This document shows, in pieces, positions 15,667-24,945 of a DNA stretch of 64,000 nucleotides. The stretch is from the NCBI GenBank assembly GCA_964415175.1, contig CAYPYG010000003.1, forward strand, positions 65,586 to 129,585. The letters run 5' to 3'. A program made the translations under genes and the position numbers. Position 1 is the stretch's first letter, and every line of letters begins with the position of its first letter. This DNA comes from an uncultured Elusimicrobiaceae bacterium. GTDB lineage: Bacteria; Elusimicrobiota; Elusimicrobia; Elusimicrobiales; UBA9959. The notes beneath the pieces were generated by a model. It had not been told where the DNA came from and searched no databases. It saw nothing but the letters and a program-made list of their open reading frames with translations.

Positions 15667-17210
15667 TGAAACGCTTCGCCGCCGGCGCTGACCCTCTACA
15701 GTCGGCCATTCATTTAGCCCAGGATTTTCTGCGCTCTGGAGACGACGAAAAGGCCATTCCGCTGATCGATTGGGTCCTCGCGGCGAATCCGGGTTTGGCG
15801 CATGTCCATTATCTTAAAGCCATGGTCCACGCCCGCCGGGGGGAGCGCGGACGCGCGCTCTGCCGGCTCAGGAAATCCTTGTCCCTCGACCCCGGAAACG
15901 TGCCGGCAGAAAATCTTTTTTTCTTTCTCTCGAAACACGCGGATTGGCGGCCGTCCGAAGGCGACTCATTACATCTTTTTAAAGAGGCCGCCTCGGCCAG
16001 AGAGAGTCGGGACTGGCGGAAACTGCGCACGCGCCTTATCGATATTGCTTTCGCGCAGTCCCATAATAAAGCACCGGATCTTTTGACCGTGCAGATATTA
16101 TGCACGCTTTCTCACTATGAGAAGGCCTGTGAGGCCCTTTCGCTGATGACTTCATCCGTCGGCGGGAGAAGGATGTTCAACCCGGATCATCCCTGGGACC
16201 CGGTCGTCAAATGTGAACTGCCGGCGGGCTATTATGCCCGACATCTCCGGGCGCTTAAAAGAACCAGGGTGCGGCGGGAGCTCTCCGGGTTCCTTACATA
16301 TCTCCGGTGTTCTTTGGAGAGGAGTATCCCTTCGTTGGGAAGCCGGAGATGGATGCGCGCGCTGAATGGGCTGCTGCGCAGAGGCAAAGGGCGCTATGAT
16401 TTCGCGCGGTATATACCCGGCGAGATAATGCTCTTTTCCGGCTCATATGCCGGGGCTGTCCGGGAATTCCGGCGGATGCTTTCTTCCGGATACACCCACC
16501 CCCACGTGCATTGCTATATCGGCGAAGCGCTTTTATGTGAAGGCGACGTGGAGGGAGGGCTGAAAAAGTTCGAGGACGCTTGCGGGGTGGCGTTACCGGA
16601 AGAGAAAGAGGACGTGGTCGTCTGGGAGGGCGAGATGCGGCTGTTCCTGAAACAGTACAGGCGCGTCATCGCCCTTCTAAAGGACAGCGGCCACCGCTAT
16701 GCGGCCGGGTGGCTGGGGGCGGCCTATCTGGAGTTGGGTGATACGAAAAATGCTCTTGCCAGTCTCAGGAAAGCCGTGGTCAGCTCTCCTGAGGACGCGG
16801 AGGTGCGCACCTGGCTTGGGGAAGCTTACAGGCGTGTCGGCCGCAGCAGGGAAGCCTTCAAGGAACTGGAGACGGCCGGCCGTCTTTGGACCGATGATGT
16901 ATCCGTTTCCGGAGAGAGTGGCGGGGCCTGGGTTCGGTTGAATAAAGTGCTTCTGTTCTCTAAAACCGGGGCGGACGCGGCCATGGAGCGCGAGTTCTTC
17001 CTGGCCGAGCGGGAATGGCCTGAGCTTTTTTCCATCGCCCGCAAGGACCTCGGCATGTGCCTCCCGGCGCCGGCGGACCCGGCCGGCCGGCGCCGGATAA
17101 CGGAATACATTCTTGACATCTGCGGAGGCTACAGGCGGATGGAGAGACACTTTCTGCCCATGATAATGCGAAATCGCGGCGCGGCCGGGCCGCGGCCGAA
17201 GGGACGCTGA
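15663..17210 (+). CDS. TPR-repeat protein
   Basis: Start at ATG 15663 (MMKRFAAG) overlaps the P1 stop (ATGA). It has TPR-like helices throughout (AIHLAQDFLRSGDDEKAIPLIDWVL, YLELGDTKNALASLRKAVVSSPEDAEVRTWLGEAYRRVGRSREA). It is visibly less GC-rich than its neighbours. Confidence 0.75.
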   Translation: MMKRFAAGADPLQSAIHLAQDFLRSGDDEKAIPLIDWVLAANPGLAHVHYLKAMVHARRGERGRALCRLRKSLSLDPGNVPAENLFFFLSKHADWRPSEGDSLHLFKEAASARESRDWRKLRTRLIDIAFAQSHNKAPDLLTVQILCTLSHYEKACEALSLMTSSVGGRRMFNPDHPWDPVVKCELPAGYYARHLRALKRTRVRRELSGFLTYLRCSLERSIPSLGSRRWMRALNGLLRRGKGRYDFARYIPGEIMLFSGSYAGAVREFRRMLSSGYTHPHVHCYIGEALLCEGDVEGGLKKFEDACGVALPEEKEDVVVWEGEMRLFLKQYRRVIALLKDSGHRYAAGWLGAAYLELGDTKNALASLRKAVVSSPEDAEVRTWLGEAYRRVGRSREAFKELETAGRLWTDDVSVSGESGGAWVRLNKVLLFSKTGADAAMEREFFLAEREWPELFSIARKDLGMCLPAPADPAGRRRITEYILDICGGYRRMERHFLPMIMRNRGAAGPRPKGR

Positions 17211-17214
17211 ATAA

Positions 17215-19683
17215 ATGGAAAGCATAGTCTTCTTCGGAAAAGGAGGGGTGGGAAAGAGCACCATCGCCTCGAACGTGACGGTCGTCCTGGCCCGCGGCGG
17301 CCGGAAGGTCCTCCATGTGGGCTGCGACCCCAAAATGGATTCGACGCTGGCGCTGATGGGCCGGCATATCCCGCCGTACGCGGGGAAGGCGGGCGACGGA
17401 GACCGGCTGGTCGAGAGCGTCTTCGAATCGCCAGTCCCCGGCGTCCATTGCGTGGAGGCCGGCGGGCCCGAGCCCGGGGTCGGCTGCGCCGGGCTGGGGA
17501 TAGGCATAATGCTGGACGCGATGAAGGACGGCGGGCTCCTGGAGGACGCCGGCTACGGGGCCGCCGTCTTCGACGTTCTGGGCGACGTGGTCTGCGGCGG
17601 TTTCGCCGCCCCTCTGCGCCGCGGTTTCGCCAGGAAGGTCGTGATAGTCACCTCGGAGACGCCGCTCTCGCTTTACGCCGCCAACCGGCTGATAATGATG
17701 ACGGGGAATTATTCGCGCAACGGCGTCTACCTGGCCGGCCTGGCCGTCAACGCGCTGAGGCCGGAGGGTGTCGGTACCGCGGAGGCCTTCGCCGCCGCGG
17801 TCAATACGCGCGTTCTCGGGGTGACGCTCCGGGACCCCGCGGTGTCGGAGGCGGAGAACGCGCGGCTTCCGGCCGTGCTGTCGAGCCCGAAAAGCGACTT
17901 CGCCCGCCGCCTGGTGAAACTCTGTTCCGCCATACAGGCGGCCGGCAGGCCGTCCTCCCCTCCGCGCGCCCTGACCGAGGCCGAGTTCCGCTCTTTTATC
18001 GGGGGGGGCGCCGGCCCCGCCGCCCGCCCTTCCGGCGCGCGCCGGGGCGGCCGTTCCGCTCCCGCGGCGCCGGAGAAACTGATCGTCTCGGCGGGATTCC
18101 GTTTCGCGGGCATCGAGGGGGGGCAGCTCCTTTTCGACTGGACCTCCTCGCGCGGCGTCTTCAGGACCGTCATCGCCCCCGCGTCGGCTTCGAAGGGTGG
18201 CGCGACCGTGTTCTCCGACTGGACGGTCTGCTTCCATCCCTCCGCCGGCCGCGCCTCGGAGGCCTTCGGCGTGGAACTGATGGAGGCGGCGGGACGTCTC
18301 GCTTCGCTGCGTTTCGAGGAGCTGTCCGGGGCCCAGGCCGGACCCGGAGGGGAACCCGTTCCGGCGCTCCGCCACGCGGGCGCCCCGGCGGGGGAACGGC
18401 ATCACCTGGGTTTCGGCCGCTGGCCGCGGTTCATCTTCGCCGGTAGCGAGGTCGACGCCCTGGCGCCGCCGGACTCGGTCATGGCGATGCACGGGGACGA
18501 CGAGTGCCGTTTCTGCATCTGCGAGGGCGGCGCGCTGGGCGCTTTCAGCGAGAACGCCTGCGTCAGGCCGGGCGGCGCGGACATGCCGGGCCCGGTGCTG
18601 CCCAGGTCCGACGAACGGGAGCCTTCCACCGGTCTGCGCTCCATCGAGGCGGTCATGGGCGACGACGATAAGATGCTCGCGGCCATGCGCGCCGCCGCCG
18701 CCCAGGCCGGGCCGGGCGGGCTGGCCGAGTTCTACGTGGGCTGTTCCCCGCTGCTGCTGGCCAGCGACGCCGGGGCCGCGGCCCGTCGCGTCCGCGCTGA
18801 AACCGGCGTCGAGGTCTCCCTGGAGCGCTACTGTTCGCTGGGCAGACATTCCCCGGAGAAGGCGGAGCGCCGCGCCGCCTTCATGGCCGACAAACTTCGC
18901 CGCGCGGCCCGCTCCCCGTCGCGGGACGTGAACCTGGTCTATTACGGCGAATGCCCGCCCGGACTGCGCGCGCTGCTCAACGACAGGGGGATATCCGCGG
19001 AGGAGCCGGGCGAGGATTTTTACGCCGGTTCGGCGGCCGCCAGGCTGCAGGTCCTCTCCGCGCCCGACCCGGTGCTGCAGAACGCCCTCGACCGGGCGGG
19101 TCTGCGCTGGCTGCTGCCGCCGGCGCCCTACGGCCTCGCCGGCACCTCCGCCTGGCTGGAGGCCATAGCCGGCGCCCTGGGCCGCCGGGGTTTCGACGCC
19201 GCTCCTCCGCCCGCGACGCTCGCCGTCCACGCCCGACTGCGCCGCCGCGCCGCCGGAGTTTCCGCCGCTTTCGTACTGCCCGCCGGGGACGCGGCGCTGC
19301 TCTCCGGCGGCGGGGCTTTCAGGCGCGTCCCCGTCCCGGCCGTGCTGGCCGAGGGAGGCTTCGGCCTGCGCTTTTTCGTGCTGGCGCGCCCGGCCGACGG
19401 ACGGAAGGCCGCCGCCGGGCTGAAGGCCGCGCTGCCGGGGTTCAGGTTCCCGGCGCCGGTCCTTTTCTCCTCCCCGCAGGGCCTGGCCCGCCCGCTGAAA
19501 GCCGACCGGTCCGTGCGCCTGGTCTACTCCGACGTGCGTTCGGACGGGCGGGTGACGGCGGCCGGGAAGACCCCTTTCTCCTCCGGTATATTCGAGCCCG
19601 GCTTCGACGGCGCGGCGGAGACGCTGCGCCGCCTGCTGGAACTGTGCGACTGGGATTTCAATGAACGCTACTTCGCGCGCTGA
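17215..19683 (+). CDS. NifH-like domain fused to NifD/E/BchN-like domain (copy 2)
   Basis: GKGGVGKST, CDPKMDST, GGPEPGVGCAGLGIG and FDVLGDVVCGGFAAPLR, then MAMHGDDECRF and FYVGCSPLLLASD. 822 aa. Starts 4 nt after the TPR gene stop. Confidence 0.85.
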   Translation: MESIVFFGKGGVGKSTIASNVTVVLARGGRKVLHVGCDPKMDSTLALMGRHIPPYAGKAGDGDRLVESVFESPVPGVHCVEAGGPEPGVGCAGLGIGIMLDAMKDGGLLEDAGYGAAVFDVLGDVVCGGFAAPLRRGFARKVVIVTSETPLSLYAANRLIMMTGNYSRNGVYLAGLAVNALRPEGVGTAEAFAAAVNTRVLGVTLRDPAVSEAENARLPAVLSSPKSDFARRLVKLCSAIQAAGRPSSPPRALTEAEFRSFIGGGAGPAARPSGARRGGRSAPAAPEKLIVSAGFRFAGIEGGQLLFDWTSSRGVFRTVIAPASASKGGATVFSDWTVCFHPSAGRASEAFGVELMEAAGRLASLRFEELSGAQAGPGGEPVPALRHAGAPAGERHHLGFGRWPRFIFAGSEVDALAPPDSVMAMHGDDECRFCICEGGALGAFSENACVRPGGADMPGPVLPRSDEREPSTGLRSIEAVMGDDDKMLAAMRAAAAQAGPGGLAEFYVGCSPLLLASDAGAAARRVRAETGVEVSLERYCSLGRHSPEKAERRAAFMADKLRRAARSPSRDVNLVYYGECPPGLRALLNDRGISAEEPGEDFYAGSAAARLQVLSAPDPVLQNALDRAGLRWLLPPAPYGLAGTSAWLEAIAGALGRRGFDAAPPPATLAVHARLRRRAAGVSAAFVLPAGDAALLSGGGAFRRVPVPAVLAEGGFGLRFFVLARPADGRKAAAGLKAALPGFRFPAPVLFSSPQGLARPLKADRSVRLVYSDVRSDGRVTAAGKTPFSSGIFEPGFDGAAETLRRLLELCDWDFNERYFAR

Positions 19684-20959
19684 GCGCTTCCCTAAACTTT
19701 TCAGCCTGCCCTACCAGCTGGGGGTCTACCTCGCGGTGAACGCCGTGAGCGACGCCGGGCTGGTAGTGGACGGCGGGGATTGCGTCATGCCCAAGGCCGA
19801 TTTCATCGCCGGGAACCACGATCTCCGGTCCACGCTGCTTTCCCCCGACGGAAAGCACCGTATCGTCTGCACCATGACCGCCCCCCTGCCCCAGGACTCC
19901 AACCACGAGAGGAAGATCTCTTCGCTGCTGGCCGAGGTCGCCTCGGACGGGGGTTTTTCCGCGGTGCTGGTCACCGGCCTGCCTTTCTTCAAGCTGGCCG
20001 GGGTGGATTACGAGGGCGTCGCCGCGGGGATCACGAAAGGGGCGCCGGTCGCCGATGTGCCGGCCCTTTCGCTGGAGGCCGGCTGGCTGGAGGGCTACGA
20101 CCTGGCGCTGGAAGCGCTGGTCCGGCTGCTGCCGGCCCCGCGCCGCCGCGTCCGCCGTCCCGGTAAGCGGCCCCGCGTGGCCGTCGCCGGTTACCTTTTC
20201 GACCGCGGGGAACGCGATCATGCCGCCAATCTCGCGGAACTGGGCCGCCTGCTGCAACTGAGCGGCCTGGAGCTCGTCTCGGTGCTGCCGTCGGGCGTTC
20301 CCTTCCTGGAACTGGCCCGGGGTCTGGAGGCGGACCTCGTAGTCTCCCTTCCCTACGGCCGCCGTGCCGCCGCGCGGCTGGCCGCCCGCTCCGGCGCCGT
20401 CCTGCTGGAGACGGGGCTGCCGATGGGCCTGAAAGGCACTTCGGCCTGGCTGGCCGCGCTGCGCCGCGCCGCCGGACTCCGGGGAGGGCCGCCGGCCGCC
20501 GTCGCCGCGGAGGAAGTCCTGGCCGCCGGGGAGATGGCCCCGCTGCTGGACGTGCTGGCCCACCGCGGCGCCGTATTCGCCGGAGACCCGCATCTGTTCG
20601 GGGCTTTCGCCTCCTTCGCCGGGGAATTGAAGCTCCGCGTGCCGGCCGCGGTGCTGGATTCCGGCACGCGGGAGAAACTGCCGGTCCGTCCGCCTGAACT
20701 CCTGCTCCTGTGCCCGGACATGGCCGGGGCCGCCGGAGCGGTCGCAGCGCTGGCGGGCTATGACAGGCCTCATCTGCTGGTGGGCAATTCTTTCGCGGCG
20801 ACCGAAGGGCTGGCCCCCGGGCTGCCGTTCGTCGAGCTCGGGTTCCCTTCCTACGGACATCACTGCCTCAACGACGAGCCCTTCCTCGGCTTCGCCGGGG
20901 CCAGGACGCTCGCCGGCAGGATGGCGAACGCCTTAAGGGGCGGCAACGGGCCCCGCTGA
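19661..20959 (+). CDS. NifK/N/BchB-like subunit (copy 2)
   Basis: 432 aa with LVVDGGDCVMPKADFIAGNHDLRSTLL, IVCTMT and ELGFPSYGHHCL. It has the same 23-nt overlap with its upstream fusion gene as copy 1. Confidence 0.7.
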   Translation: MNATSRAERFPKLFSLPYQLGVYLAVNAVSDAGLVVDGGDCVMPKADFIAGNHDLRSTLLSPDGKHRIVCTMTAPLPQDSNHERKISSLLAEVASDGGFSAVLVTGLPFFKLAGVDYEGVAAGITKGAPVADVPALSLEAGWLEGYDLALEALVRLLPAPRRRVRRPGKRPRVAVAGYLFDRGERDHAANLAELGRLLQLSGLELVSVLPSGVPFLELARGLEADLVVSLPYGRRAAARLAARSGAVLLETGLPMGLKGTSAWLAALRRAAGLRGGPPAAVAAEEVLAAGEMAPLLDVLAHRGAVFAGDPHLFGAFASFAGELKLRVPAAVLDSGTREKLPVRPPELLLLCPDMAGAAGAVAALAGYDRPHLLVGNSFAATEGLAPGLPFVELGFPSYGHHCLNDEPFLGFAGARTLAGRMANALRGGNGPR

Positions 20960-21022
20960 GCTTTCGCCGGAAACGCCTCCCGTTTTTAGGTAAAATAAAG
21001 CGCGCGCGGAACGGCGTATAAT

Positions 21023-23644
21023 ATGGAAAGCATCGTATTCTTCGGGAAAGGCGGGATAGGCAAGAGCACGCTGGCCTCCAACGTGTCGGCGCTGCTGGCG
21101 GCCGGCGGCGGCCGCGTCCTGCACATCGGCTGCGACCCCAAGATGGATTCCACGCTGGCGCTGATGGGCCGCCATATCCAGCCTTTTTCCGATTCCCCCG
21201 GCCCCGACCCGGAGGCGCGCCTGCGCGAGTTCATCTTCGACGCTCCGGTGAAGGGCGTGCGCTGTATAGAGGTCGGCGGCCCCCGGCCCGGCCTGGGCTG
21301 CGCCGGCACCGGGATAGGCGTCATGCTGGACGCCGTAAGGGATTCGGGACTCCTCGAGAAGGACGGCTACACGGCGGCGGTCTTCGACGTGCTGGGCGAC
21401 GTGGTCTGCGGAGGTTTCGCCGCGCCGCTCCGGCGGGGCTTCGCGAAAAAGGTCGTTATCGTGGTGTCGGAAGAGCTCCTTTCGCTCTATTCCGCCAACA
21501 AACTGATAAAGATGGTCGAGAACTACGCCCGCAACGGCGTCTACCTGGCCGGGCTGGCGGTCAACGCCAAGAACGCGGCCGGCGCGAGAACGGCGGCGGA
21601 TTTCGCTGCCGCCGTGAATACGCGCGTACTGGCCGTCATCCCGCGCGACCCGGCCGTGGCGGCCGCGGAGCGCGGACGGGTGCCGGCGGTACTGGCCTCG
21701 CCGAAGAGCCCTTTCGCCGGGGCTCTGCGCGGTCTTTGCGCCGCCATACGCGCGGCGCGGCCGGGTTCTTCGCCGCCCAGGGCCATGAGCGACCAGGAGT
21801 TCTCGGATTTTATAGAGGGCCGCCCCCCCGCCGCCCGGCCGCCCGCCCCGCGGAGCGTTCTTCCGGCCGGCCGTTCCGGGGCTTCCCGCGGCCTGGCCGC
21901 GGCCTTTACGCGGGCCCGCATGAAACCCATAGGCCTGGAGGGCGGCCAGATCGTCTGCGAGTGGACCGTGCCGTCCTCCTTTGACTGGGGAGAGAGGGGG
22001 CAGGGTCCGGCGAACGGGCGGACCTCGCCGCGCGGGACGCTGAAGATCCTCATCGCCCCCGCCGCCGGCTCCCGGGACGGGCCGATAAGGCTCTCCGACT
22101 GGGCGGTCTGTTTCTACCCCGGCCGGGCGGAGCCCCAGGTACGCGGTCTGGGCGAGGAACTCGCGGCGGCCGCCGCCGGCCTCGCCGGTTTTAAATACGC
22201 GGAGTTGACGGATTATTTCGGCCGCGGCGGGGATCATTACGCCAGGATAAGTTCGTTTTCCGAACACGGGGAACAAACCGGGCCTTTCGGCACGCTCATC
22301 CTCCCGCACATGAGACTGGGGCAGTGGCAGCGGTTTATCTTTCCGCCGGGCACTGTGGACCTGCATATACCGCAGGGCGCGGTCATGGTGGAGCACGGCG
22401 ACATCGAGTGCCGTTTCAGCTGCTGCGACAACGGGGCGTTGAACCTGTTCCGCGAACAAGCCGGTCTCGCCGGTTCCAGCGGCCCCTCGCGCTGCCCGCT
22501 GCTGCCGAAGGAAGAAGCGCACGTGATGAACACCGATTTCGGGGCGCTGGACGCCGCCCGCGGCGACGAAGCGCTGATAAAAGATTCGCTCGACCGCGCC
22601 GCGCGCCTGGCCGGGCCGGGAGGATTGGTGGAATTCTACCTCAGCTGCGCGCCGATGCTGCTGGCCGGCGACACCGCCAGGCTGCTGGAGGGGGTCGAAG
22701 AAGAGCGCGCTGTGACGGCGGTGCAGCTGGGCAGCGACAGCGCCGGGCTGTCGGAGAGGGTCGAGGAAAAGCGCGGCGCGACGGTGGTGGTGGAGAACTG
22801 CAACGGTATTCTTTCCGGCTACGCGTCGGCCAAAACCAAAGCGCGCGCCGCTTTCATGGCCCGCAGGCTGGCGGCGTTCAGGGGCGTGAAACCCTCCGTG
22901 GACGTCAACCTCATCGGTTTCGGGGCTTGCCGGGAAGAGCTCGCCGCCCTGCTGGAGCGGACGGGGCTCACGAGCGCTTCGCCCTCGGAGGATTTTTACG
23001 CGTCGGTCTCGCGCGGCAGGCTGGCCGTGCTGCCCGCCCCCGACGCCGCGCTGTGCGCCGCTTTCGACGAGGCCGGGCTCAAATGGCTCGTCCCGCCCGC
23101 GCCTTACGGCTTCGCCGGAGTCCGCGCCTGGCTGGAAGGCATCCGCGCGGCCCTCGGCCGCCGGACCCCGGCCGCCGGGCCGGCTCCAGGAGCGGAAAAA
23201 GAGCGGCGCGCGCTGGCGCTGGCCGCCGGGCGCTACCGCGCCTGTTTCGTCGCCGCGCCGGAGGAGCTGGAGCCGCTCGCCGGCGGCATCCTCACGGGCG
23301 GCGTGCCGGTGCTGCCGGTAGTGCTCGAGGGCGGCTTCAGGGCGGACCTGCTGGTATACGCGCCGGACCCCGCGGCCAGAACCAGGGCGGCCGCGGCGGC
23401 GCTCGCTCTCGGGCGGAAGCTCGGGGCGCCGCTGCGGCCGCGCTTCTTCTCCACGCCCGCGCGGCTCGACGCGCTGCTCAGGCGGCCCCGCGCCATGAAG
23501 CTCGTCTATTCCGACGCCAGGCTGGACCCCCGCGTGACCGGCGCCGGCCGGAGACCTTTTTCCGCGGCGCTGTTCGAGCCGGGTTATGACGGGGCGCTGG
23601 AGACGGTCCGCCGGCTGCTGGAACTCTGCGAGTGTGACTTTTAA
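21023..23644 (+). CDS. NifH-like domain fused to NifD/E/BchN-like domain (copy 3)
   Basis: GKGGIGKST, CDPKMDST, GGPRPGLGCAGTGIG and FDVLGDVVCGGFAAPLR, then MVEHGDIECRF and FYLSCAPMLLAGD. 873 aa, with an insertion relative to copies 1 and 2. Confidence 0.85.
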   Translation: MESIVFFGKGGIGKSTLASNVSALLAAGGGRVLHIGCDPKMDSTLALMGRHIQPFSDSPGPDPEARLREFIFDAPVKGVRCIEVGGPRPGLGCAGTGIGVMLDAVRDSGLLEKDGYTAAVFDVLGDVVCGGFAAPLRRGFAKKVVIVVSEELLSLYSANKLIKMVENYARNGVYLAGLAVNAKNAAGARTAADFAAAVNTRVLAVIPRDPAVAAAERGRVPAVLASPKSPFAGALRGLCAAIRAARPGSSPPRAMSDQEFSDFIEGRPPAARPPAPRSVLPAGRSGASRGLAAAFTRARMKPIGLEGGQIVCEWTVPSSFDWGERGQGPANGRTSPRGTLKILIAPAAGSRDGPIRLSDWAVCFYPGRAEPQVRGLGEELAAAAAGLAGFKYAELTDYFGRGGDHYARISSFSEHGEQTGPFGTLILPHMRLGQWQRFIFPPGTVDLHIPQGAVMVEHGDIECRFSCCDNGALNLFREQAGLAGSSGPSRCPLLPKEEAHVMNTDFGALDAARGDEALIKDSLDRAARLAGPGGLVEFYLSCAPMLLAGDTARLLEGVEEERAVTAVQLGSDSAGLSERVEEKRGATVVVENCNGILSGYASAKTKARAAFMARRLAAFRGVKPSVDVNLIGFGACREELAALLERTGLTSASPSEDFYASVSRGRLAVLPAPDAALCAAFDEAGLKWLVPPAPYGFAGVRAWLEGIRAALGRRTPAAGPAPGAEKERRALALAAGRYRACFVAAPEELEPLAGGILTGGVPVLPVVLEGGFRADLLVYAPDPAARTRAAAAALALGRKLGAPLRPRFFSTPARLDALLRRPRAMKLVYSDARLDPRVTGAGRRPFSAALFEPGYDGALETVRRLLELCECDF

Positions 23645-24945
23645 TGAAGAACGCCGCGGCTCCCGAAAAATTCCGGAAGACCTACGACCCGCCCTACCTG
23701 CTGGGAGTCTATCTCGCGGTCAACGCCGTTCCCGACGCGGCCGTCATGGTGGACGGGCCCAGCTGCGTCATAACGAAAGCGGATTATATCGCCGGCAACC
23801 ACGATCTTCATTCCACGCTTCTCTCCTGCGACGGGCGGCACAGGGTGATGTGCACCGTGACCAGCACGATGCCGCAGCCGCCCAACCCCGAGGATAAACT
23901 GTCCGCGCTGCTGGAAAGCGCGGCCGGTTCCGGCCTCTACGGCGTGGTGCTGCTTACCGGGCTGCCTTTCATGAGGCTTATCGGCATGGATTACGAGGGG
24001 ATAGCCTCCCGCGTCCGTTCCGGCGCGCCGGTAGCCGTCGTGCCCCCGCTTTCCCTGGAGGGCGACTGGCTGGACGGTTACGCGAAGGCGCTGGACGCGC
24101 TGGTCTCCGCGCTGCCCGTCCGCCGGGTACGCAAGAGGCGCCGTTCGGCGGTGATAGCGGGTTATCTTTTCGACAGGAACGAGCGCGACCACTCCGCCAA
24201 CATTTCCGGTCTGAAGCGCCTGCTCGCGGCCGCGGGCGTGGACCTGCTGGCCGTGCTGCCCGGGGGGAAGGAATTCAAAAGCTGGGAGCGCGCCCGGGAG
24301 GCGGAACTGGTCATTTCGATGCCGTACGGCAGGCAGGCCGCCGCGCGGCTGGCCGCCATGACAGGCGCGCGCCTCGTGGAAACTGGTCTTCCCGTCGGGA
24401 TCGGGGGAACGTCCGCCTGGCTGGCCTCCGTAAGGGCCGCCGCGGGACTCAAAGGTCCTCTGCCTCCGGTCCTCGCGGAACTGGAACGGGCGACCAGGCG
24501 TGAACTCGCTCCGGCGCAGGCCGCGCTCGCGCATCATAACATCGTTTTCGCGGGGGACCCTTACCTTTATTCCGCGCTCCGCGGCTTCGCGCTCGAGCTG
24601 TGCATGCGGGTGCCTGCCGCTTTTATCGGCTCTTTAAGCCGCCCGTTGTCCGCACCGGGTCCCGCCGCCAAGCTCGTTATGTTCGCCCCGGAGGTCGCGG
24701 AGGCGGCGGAGGCGCTGGCCGCGCTGGGCCGTTACGACAGGCCGCACCTGGGCGTATGCGATTCGCTGGCCATCACCGCGGGGCTGACCGGCGGTGTTCC
24801 CGCGGTGGAGCTGGGGTTCCCGTCCTACGCCCATCATTGTCTGAGCGACGAGCCTTTTATGGGTTATGAAGGCGCCAGGTCCCTGGCAGGCCGGCTGCTG
24901 AACGCCCTTCAGTCCGCGGAGCCGGCGGCCGACCGCGGGCGATGA
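23644..24945 (+). CDS. NifK/N/BchB-like subunit (copy 3)
   Basis: 433 aa with VMVDGPSCVITKADYIAGNHDLHSTLL, VMCTVT and ELGFPSYAHHCL. The ATG shares one base with the upstream TAA (TAATG). Confidence 0.7.
   Translation: MKNAAAPEKFRKTYDPPYLLGVYLAVNAVPDAAVMVDGPSCVITKADYIAGNHDLHSTLLSCDGRHRVMCTVTSTMPQPPNPEDKLSALLESAAGSGLYGVVLLTGLPFMRLIGMDYEGIASRVRSGAPVAVVPPLSLEGDWLDGYAKALDALVSALPVRRVRKRRRSAVIAGYLFDRNERDHSANISGLKRLLAAAGVDLLAVLPGGKEFKSWERAREAELVISMPYGRQAAARLAAMTGARLVETGLPVGIGGTSAWLASVRAAAGLKGPLPPVLAELERATRRELAPAQAALAHHNIVFAGDPYLYSALRGFALELCMRVPAAFIGSLSRPLSAPGPAAKLVMFAPEVAEAAEALAALGRYDRPHLGVCDSLAITAGLTGGVPAVELGFPSYAHHCLSDEPFMGYEGARSLAGRLLNALQSAEPAADRGR

Noticed and set aside
16960-19230. 756-aa minus-strand ORF antisense to Nif-like fusion copy 2. 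Similar ORFs lie at 3353-4552, 19658-20863 and 20933-22522.
   Set aside because: The same reasoning applies. The plus-strand frames encode unmistakable NifH motifs (GKGGxGKST, CDPKxDST, GDVVCGGFA), whereas the antisense products are R/G/P-rich with no motifs.
20960-21022. Weak hairpin GGAAACG-CCTCC-CGTTTTT and TATAAT directly abutting ATG 21023
   Set aside because: The stem relies on two G-U pairs. The TATAAT is too close to the start codon to serve as a -10 element unless the mRNA is leaderless. The evidence is insufficient either way.
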